DNA of 41,505 nucleotides from Candidatus Bathyarchaeia archaeon. GTDB taxonomy: Archaea; Thermoproteota; Bathyarchaeia; Bathyarchaeales; Bathycorpusculaceae. The stretch lies in the NCBI GenBank assembly GCA_049969855.1, contig JBMFOB010000012.1, forward strand, positions 1 through 41,505. The letters are read 5' to 3'. Each line of letters opens with the position of its first letter. The stretch's first letter is position 1. The position numbers were made by a program, and so were the translations under genes. The notes under the pieces are model-generated. The model ran no database searches, had not been told where the DNA came from, and saw only the letters and a list, made by a program, of their open reading frames with translations. This document shows, piece by piece, positions 35,511 to 41,505 of the stretch.

Positions 35511-35589
35511 TGCATCGTAAGACTTAAGACGCTTTACGCCTATAAAAGCATTACTGAATAAAACGAACATACAAACATCAAAATAACGT

Positions 35590-36144
35590 TTAGCCTATAG
35601 CCAAAATACCTTCCAAAATCTTCTTCTCAGGAATTTCCAACTGCTTAGAAAGCCAAGTCTTCAGCAAAGCCGTAGATTTTGGAAGTTCGCCACTGTAGGT
35701 TATGATTTGATTGTCCTTTAATGCGTCAACCTGAAAGGTTTTTTCAGCTTCTCTGTAAAGGAAAGACAAAGTCTGAGCTTGATGAGCTAAAGTTTGGAAA
35801 TCCTCCCACTGTTTGCAACGCAAGATCACAGGCGGTCCACGAATTTCCTTAACTTGTAATGTCTCAGATTTTTGTTCCTGCACTCTTGGCGATGGCGCTG
35901 CTGAGGCTTCGCGAGGAGTTGATAAATATGTTATTAACCCCATTATTTCATTCTGTAATGATGTTAGCCTCTCTTCCACCTTCTCTATTTTACCGCTTAA
36001 CTCGCCAGCATCGCCCAACCTTTCGGTTATGTTTCCCAACTCATTTATTAGTCTGTCCAAGTCCTTCTCATGCTCTTTTAAGACGTTAACTATGAAATCT
36101 AGGGCTTCGAAAGCCTCGTCTTTCGATGGGGCTTTTTTAGACAT
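35590..36144 (-). CDS. Hypothetical protein (coiled coil plus alpha/beta domain)
   Basis: 184-aa ORF, AAGGTAG RBS-like motif, heptad N-terminal half. Confidence 0.8.
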   Translation of the reverse strand: MSKKAPSKDEAFEALDFIVNVLKEHEKDLDRLINELGNITERLGDAGELSGKIEKVEERLTSLQNEIMGLITYLSTPREASAAPSPRVQEQKSETLQVKEIRGPPVILRCKQWEDFQTLAHQAQTLSFLYREAEKTFQVDALKDNQIITYSGELPKSTALLKTWLSKQLEIPEKKILEGILAIG

Positions 36145-36324
36145 GGTTTTTCTACCTTTCCTCTGACATATTAATGCCTTTCTTTATAAATAAGCATAGC
36201 GAATCCTTAAAACTTATCCACATGAAGACATATCCATACTTATTGAAAATTAAAACTATTACAGAGAGTTAAAATATCTGTTCTAAAATGAAATAAAACA
36301 CCTCGCAAACAAGGGAGTTTTCCC

Positions 36325-37743
36325 ATGCAAGGAATGCTGAATTTCACAGAAAAAGAAGAAATAGTCAATTTTGTTTCAGAAAAAGGCATCAGAATCCTAA
36401 ATTTATGCCATATCCCAGAGGATGGAAGACTCAAGACTTTAAGCTTTTCAGCAACAGATAAACGTAGAGTTTATGAAATTTTAGAGTTCGGCGAAAGAGT
36501 TGACGGTTCAAGCTTATTCTCTTTTATCGAACCTGGAAAAAGCGACATTTATATAATGCCCCAGCCAAATCGAGCTTTCATTAATCCCTTTTCTCAAACT
36601 CCGACATTAAACATTTTATGCGATTACTTGGATGAGAACGGGAAATTATTGGAAGTTTCTCCAAAAAGCGTCTTGATTCGGGCTGAAGAAAAACTGCGCT
36701 CTTCAGCTGGCATTGTTCTAAAAGCTTTAGCTGAGCTTGAATTTTACATAATATCCAAGCAGAATAACCAAATACTATTTCCATGCGCACCTGACAAAAA
36801 TTATCATGAGTCCACCCCTTTCACAAGGTTTGAAGATTTAAGAAATCAAATTTTAGCAGTATTGGCTGAGGTTGGCATTGCCACAAAGTATGGACACAGC
36901 GAAGTCGGCAATGTGTTAACTAAAGACGGCGTGCTTATGGAACAGCATGAAATTGAACTTATGCCTCAGAATTTGGTGGAAATGGCTGAAAAAATCGCCA
37001 TCACAAAGTGGATCATTCGAAATATTTGTGCAAAATACGGAGTTTCTGCTTCCTTCAGCCCCAAAATATTTTTGGAACATGCTGGAAATGGTATGCACAT
37101 CCACTTGTGCGGATTAAAAAACGGCAAAAACATAACTGCAAATCAAGACGGAACCTTAAGCACTGAAACCCTAAAAATGATAGGTGGAATACTGAGGTTT
37201 GCTTCAAGCCTCACAGCCTTTGGAAACCCCACACCAGCATCCTACCTTAGGTTTGCTGCACAGAAAGAATCTCCAATGCATATTTGCTGGAGCTTCAGAA
37301 ACCGTCTAGCTTTGATACGCATACCATTATGGTGGAGCTTCAGAAAGAAACTTGAGGAAATGGAAAGTTGCAGAGAAACCTTCGAATATAGAGGACCAGA
37401 CCCATTAGCAAACCCGCATTTACTTTTTGCGGGAATAACAGTTGCCATAAACTATGGTTTTGAAAATCCAAAAGAAGCCCTAAAAACAGCTGAGGATTTG
37501 CATGTAGAAGAAGCTGGCAAGCGAAAAAAACTGAAAATTTTGCCACGCTCCTGCAACGAATCTGCAAAAAACCTTAGAAAAGAAAGAAAATTCTATGAGG
37601 CAGATAGTGTTTTTCCAAAAATTTTAATTGATAAGACAATAAACAAACTGAAAAGTTACAAAGACAAAGATTTATGGAAAAACTTGACTGATAAGCCAGA
37701 AAAAATTGAGAATATTCTGAAGCAATATTTACATAACGGCTAG
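36325..37743 (+). CDS. glnA: Glutamine synthetase family protein
   Basis: DGSS, ELEFY, HSEV, QHEIE, GNGMHIH, NR...RIP, FEYR.PD. Confidence 0.88.
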   Translation: MQGMLNFTEKEEIVNFVSEKGIRILNLCHIPEDGRLKTLSFSATDKRRVYEILEFGERVDGSSLFSFIEPGKSDIYIMPQPNRAFINPFSQTPTLNILCDYLDENGKLLEVSPKSVLIRAEEKLRSSAGIVLKALAELEFYIISKQNNQILFPCAPDKNYHESTPFTRFEDLRNQILAVLAEVGIATKYGHSEVGNVLTKDGVLMEQHEIELMPQNLVEMAEKIAITKWIIRNICAKYGVSASFSPKIFLEHAGNGMHIHLCGLKNGKNITANQDGTLSTETLKMIGGILRFASSLTAFGNPTPASYLRFAAQKESPMHICWSFRNRLALIRIPLWWSFRKKLEEMESCRETFEYRGPDPLANPHLLFAGITVAINYGFENPKEALKTAEDLHVEEAGKRKKLKILPRSCNESAKNLRKERKFYEADSVFPKILIDKTINKLKSYKDKDLWKNLTDKPEKIENILKQYLHNG

Positions 37744-37788
37744 CCAAGCTTGAACCATAAAATGCGAGGACTTAAGACGCTGCGATAC

Positions 37789-39216
37789 TCATTCTTTCCA
37801 AATGTTGAGAGGAGGCTTAAGGTCTGGAGGTATCGGCGATACATATTTCTTATTGCCTATTCTTCTGTGATGCTCCTCTTTTGCTTTCTCTAAAACATCT
37901 TTATCCTTTAAGAGTTCAATAGCTGTAGCAGCCATGACTTTCGCTGCAAATATCAGTGACCTATGTCCAATTCCAACACCACTTTGAGCTACTGCTTGCC
38001 ATGAGTGCGCAGGTGTGCCCAAAACCCAAGTTGCAGTGCCAAATTCCACAGTGGGCGTTTGCCAACTAACGTCAGCCACATCAGTACTACCATGACTAAC
38101 TTCGCCTTCCCCCCAAGGATCTGGAATCTCATCGTCAACCAGTTTATCTACAAGTTTTTCCCAGCCAGGACGTTTTGATTTCTTTAGTTGTGCAATTTTT
38201 GTTTCAGAGGTGATCGTCTTAGCAATTTCCTCAGCGAACTTTAAATCTTCGTTGCTGTACGAAGGAAGCCCAATTTCTCGCATATTCTTAACGATGAGTT
38301 CCGCTATGGTCTTGTTAGGAATAACATTGTAAAGTCCATCAATGAATTCCACCTTCAACTCGGTTTTCGTCATCATCGCAGCACCTCTGGCTATGTCAAG
38401 AATCCAATCGTATATGAATTCCACCTGATCCCTTTCCGGGGCTCTCACATAGTACCAACTTCTAGCGTATGATGGCACGATGTTCGGTTGGTCTCCACCC
38501 TTTTCAATTATATAATGTACTCTTGCATCTTGGATTATGTGTTCTCTAAGGTAATTCACTCCAATGTTCATTAATTCAACAGCGTCTAATGCACTTCTGC
38601 CATGTTCCGGGGAAGCTCCAGCATGAGATGCTATGCCATAAAAATGAAACTTTGCCGAGTTAATGGCTAAGCTGCTAAACATGGAAACATGATACATGGA
38701 ATCTGGATGGTGACTAATTACGGCGTCAACATCTTTGAAACATCCATCCCTAACCATGTAGACTTTGCCAGAAAAATTCTCTTCAGCAGGACATCCAAAA
38801 AATTTGATAGTGCCCCTTATCTTAAATTTTTCCATAGCCTCTTTCACCGCTATGGCAGCTGCCATACCGCTGCTTCCGTGAATATTATGTCCACATCCGT
38901 GTCCAGGTTTTCCAGATTCTAATGGTTCTTTCCGTGGAGTTCTTTTTTGTGATAGCCCTGGCAAAGCGTCATATTCGCCCATTATTCCTATAACTGGTTT
39001 CCCATCTCCCCATGTAGCTATGAAGGCTGTGGGCATTTCCGCAATTCCTCTTTCAACTTTGAATCCATTTTTTTCCAATTCATCTGCCAAAAGTGAAGAA
39101 GATTTAAACTCCACCAAGCCTAACTCGGCAAATTCCCAGATTTTGTCGCTTATTTCGATTATTCTACCCTTGCTATTCTCAATACATTCAAAGGCATACT
39201 CCTTCTCCGTAGGCAT
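37789..39216 (-). CDS. M20 amidohydrolase, AbgB-like
   Basis: EYDALPGLSQ, HGCGHN, PAEE, GSTDV.DVSW. True start is MPTEK (39216); the longer ORF runs through tRNA-Ala. Confidence 0.92.
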   Translation of the reverse strand: MPTEKEYAFECIENSKGRIIEISDKIWEFAELGLVEFKSSSLLADELEKNGFKVERGIAEMPTAFIATWGDGKPVIGIMGEYDALPGLSQKRTPRKEPLESGKPGHGCGHNIHGSSGMAAAIAVKEAMEKFKIRGTIKFFGCPAEENFSGKVYMVRDGCFKDVDAVISHHPDSMYHVSMFSSLAINSAKFHFYGIASHAGASPEHGRSALDAVELMNIGVNYLREHIIQDARVHYIIEKGGDQPNIVPSYARSWYYVRAPERDQVEFIYDWILDIARGAAMMTKTELKVEFIDGLYNVIPNKTIAELIVKNMREIGLPSYSNEDLKFAEEIAKTITSETKIAQLKKSKRPGWEKLVDKLVDDEIPDPWGEGEVSHGSTDVADVSWQTPTVEFGTATWVLGTPAHSWQAVAQSGVGIGHRSLIFAAKVMAATAIELLKDKDVLEKAKEEHHRRIGNKKYVSPIPPDLKPPLNIWKE

Positions 39217-39359
39217 AAATAACCACCTAGAATTAACAAATGAAAATGCGAATACTATTAAAAAGTTTATGTTCAATCCGCAGAACTCAGAGAGAACTGC
39301 TGAGCGAGCATAAGCTAAAACGAAAATACTTGATTTATCGATGAATAACAGCAAATTAG

Positions 39360-39434
39360 TGGACCGGGCGGGATTCGAACCCGCGGCCTCCACGATGCCA
39401 ACGTGGCGATCATTCCAGACTGATCTACCGGCCC
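39360..39434 (-). tRNA. tRNA-Ala(GGC)
   Basis: GGGCCGG/CCGGTCC with G3:U70, CCACG-TT-GGC-AT-CGTGG, TTCGAAT. Confidence 0.97.
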
Positions 39435-39554
39435 TCGACAGAGTTAAACAGAACAAAAAACTATTAAGTATTTTGCATAACGTCAGCGGATAATAGAGAA
39501 TATCTTCCAAAATTTAGTATTAAAAATGAAAAAGGAGTAGAGGTTGAAAAATTG

Positions 39555-41126
39555 TTATACGTTGCTGGCGGGAGGCATTTTTTTCCTAGTCACTAGAAGT
39601 ATTGCAACAGCTGCAACAGCGCCTACCACTACAATCAGCACCAGAATTATTACCCATACATCGCCTAATGTTGGACCTTGAGCTTGCAAGACATTCAAGG
39701 TTGCGGTTCCAGATTTGGCTGTGTATCCATCCGCATCTGTCACGTTGAGATATATTTCGTATGTGCCACCGCTTGTTGGAGTGAAAGTCAAGCTGCTTGA
39801 AGTTGCACCTGAAATGGCTGTTCCATTTAAGTACCATTGATAAGTGTATGGTGAGGCTCCACCACTTACTGAAGCGGTTAGGCTTACTGATTGACCCATC
39901 GTTATTGATGAGGTTAATGGCGTTATGGTTGCGCTTGGAAGCGGGACGTCTTCTCCACGGGCAATGGCTGCGTTACATTCTTTTATTAAGGCTTCTGCTC
40001 GCCAATGATAATCAAAAAGTCCAGTGCAGACCTCAAATTTCTGCTTCGCAGCCGAATAATGCTTGTCATAGTAATACTGTAAGCCTTGAAGAAATGCCTC
40101 ATCAACTGGACCTAGTTTGTTTTTGCTTTTTACGTTTGCCTCCTCTAAAAGGCTGTTTGCAACATTGCTTTCAATTAAGAAGTTGAACCCAGCAACCTGA
40201 ATTCCTTCTCGCACTGCTCCCATGCTACAAATTCCTATAACTTCGCCTTTATCGTTCAATCCTGGTCCACCGCTCATTCCATAAGTGAGGCTGGCGCTTG
40301 TTTCGAAGCATGGCGTCTGAGTGCTCGTCAATCTTTTTTGGCTTATTCTTCCTTCCTTCATTGATGGAGCCAAGAGAGTTTCAACACCTAATTCTTCTGC
40401 AAAAACAGTGACATCAGCGAACCCGAAAGAATACACGTTAGAACCAGTTGTAACGGTGGATGAGTCGCCCATGAGCAAAACTGGACAATAGTTTGATGGC
40501 GGCTCAATTTTCAATAAGGCTATGTCTCTCTCATAGAAGGGACTTACATCAATGATACGTGCAATCCATCCCTTGCTTTCCACCTCAGTCAATGTTGGTC
40601 TAACTTCGCCGAGAACGGCATATATTTGCCGAAAAGAGTCTTTTATTTCTCCATAAGCCACAATGTAGTTCCAAAGCGTTTCTTGCTCTTCAGGCGTAAT
40701 ATAGTAACCTGCATTTTCAAGCTCTTGAATAATGACCGTAAAAGCTGTCTCTATCAGGAAATATTTCGTATACAAATCTTGTGTTATGTCTTTGTGGGTG
40801 AAACAGAAAATGACATGCCCAGCCGTAACTATGTAACCGTCTGCACTGACGAAAAATCCGGAACCCACCGCTGATACGCTTACGGGAACAAGGAAATACG
40901 TGGTTGTAGGCACCCAGTTCGCATCTGGATAATACACTTTGATGTTGGCGTCAATCTGCGAGTAAATAAGCACGGTGGAAGCCTCGCCTAACTCAGCGAT
41001 CAATGAAGGCGAATATGTTGTGGTGGCGGCAGCGTTGCCTAATTGCACTTTCGCCAAGAAGTTCATGGCTGTCACTAAGAGCAACAGCATTGTCGCCTTA
41101 GTTATGGCTGATTTCTTTATTTTCAT
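39555..41126 (-). CDS. Membrane-anchored trypsin-like (S1) serine protease with PKD/Ig-like domain
   Basis: Signal peptide, GSGF..TAGH, DIALLK, GMSGGP, helical segment, PKD-like GGxxPYTYQW, C-terminal TM. Confidence 0.9.
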   Translation of the reverse strand: MKIKKSAITKATMLLLLVTAMNFLAKVQLGNAAATTTYSPSLIAELGEASTVLIYSQIDANIKVYYPDANWVPTTTYFLVPVSVSAVGSGFFVSADGYIVTAGHVIFCFTHKDITQDLYTKYFLIETAFTVIIQELENAGYYITPEEQETLWNYIVAYGEIKDSFRQIYAVLGEVRPTLTEVESKGWIARIIDVSPFYERDIALLKIEPPSNYCPVLLMGDSSTVTTGSNVYSFGFADVTVFAEELGVETLLAPSMKEGRISQKRLTSTQTPCFETSASLTYGMSGGPGLNDKGEVIGICSMGAVREGIQVAGFNFLIESNVANSLLEEANVKSKNKLGPVDEAFLQGLQYYYDKHYSAAKQKFEVCTGLFDYHWRAEALIKECNAAIARGEDVPLPSATITPLTSSITMGQSVSLTASVSGGASPYTYQWYLNGTAISGATSSSLTFTPTSGGTYEIYLNVTDADGYTAKSGTATLNVLQAQGPTLGDVWVIILVLIVVVGAVAAVAILLVTRKKMPPASNV

Positions 41127-41347
41127 TCCCTCCAAATTCTGTGTGGTTTCAATTAAAACAAGTGTTTATAAATAGTTTATTAAGTTCTAATAAAAAGCTG
41201 AATTATTAACTCTTATTCATCGAAAGTTAGATTCTGAATTAGAACAATAATCAATTTCACAAAAATTCTGAAAGCAATACAAACTGATCGCCATGCACAA
41301 GCCCTTTTCGCAGTTCACCCTTAAAATATCGTCCAGACACCACATGA

Positions 41348-41505
41348 GCCCGACACCTCGGGCGGTTGGGGGCCGCAGGCTGAACCGGTCGGCCGAAGCC
41401 TTCCGGCTTACACCCCGGCTCCATCAAACCCATCTTCTATGGGAGCCCTCGTCCCCTCGGCACGGGCTGTTGCCAGCCCAGCCATTTAGGGGATTGGCTG
41501 CCTAT
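41348..41505 (-). rRNA. rrl: 23S rRNA 3' end (partial)
   Basis: Reverse complement ...CGAGGGCTCCCATAGAAGATGGGTTTGATGGAGCCGGGGTGTAAG...GGTTCAGCCTGCGGCCCCCAACCGCCCGAG matches archaeal domain VI (H98-H101). Exact mature end approximate. Confidence 0.93.

Noticed and set aside
35521-37781. Exact 13-bp direct repeat GACTTAAGACGCT at 35521 and 37769 flanking two genes
   Set aside because: Several 13-mer matches are expected by chance in 41 kb, it resembles a TATA-like element, and no mobility gene lies between the copies.
39217-39510. 98-aa N-terminal extension of the M20 hydrolase in the ORF track
   Set aside because: It runs through tRNA-Ala and AT-rich intergenic DNA; an RBS (AGGTGG) precedes ATG 39216.

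Overview
Gene-dense archaeal chromosome segment. The gene content (short eL13 beside eL15, RNase P proteins Pop5/Rpp30, class I CCA enzyme, archaeal tRNAs, 23S rRNA 3' end with no 5S behind it, PAS histidine kinase) points to a TACK archaeon, most plausibly Bathyarchaeia; this is an inference. The left edge (1-1714) looks like the end of an integrated element: a partial nuclease-toxin-like gene, a tyrosine integrase, and a 23-nt tRNA 5'-end fragment that is a candidate att site. The rest is mostly housekeeping: translation and RNA-processing genes, prs, class II HMG-CoA reductase, uppP, dinB, a DHS-family gene, cysS, a GS-family gene, an AbgB-like M20 hydrolase, tRNA-Val(CAC), tRNA-Gln(CTG), tRNA-Ala(GGC) and several surface proteins. 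Signals not explained by the ORF track: a ~145-nt nested-helix RNA with a CU-rich apical loop ahead of an unannotated 48-aa ORF (35203-35510), a box C/D sRNA (4269-4336), a structured rpl15e leader, a TasA/AbpA/cannula-like fibre-subunit candidate under a perfect palindromic operator, a 44-nt helix 98 in the 23S rRNA, and several unannotated small ORFs. All family calls come from motif recognition; no database searches were run.
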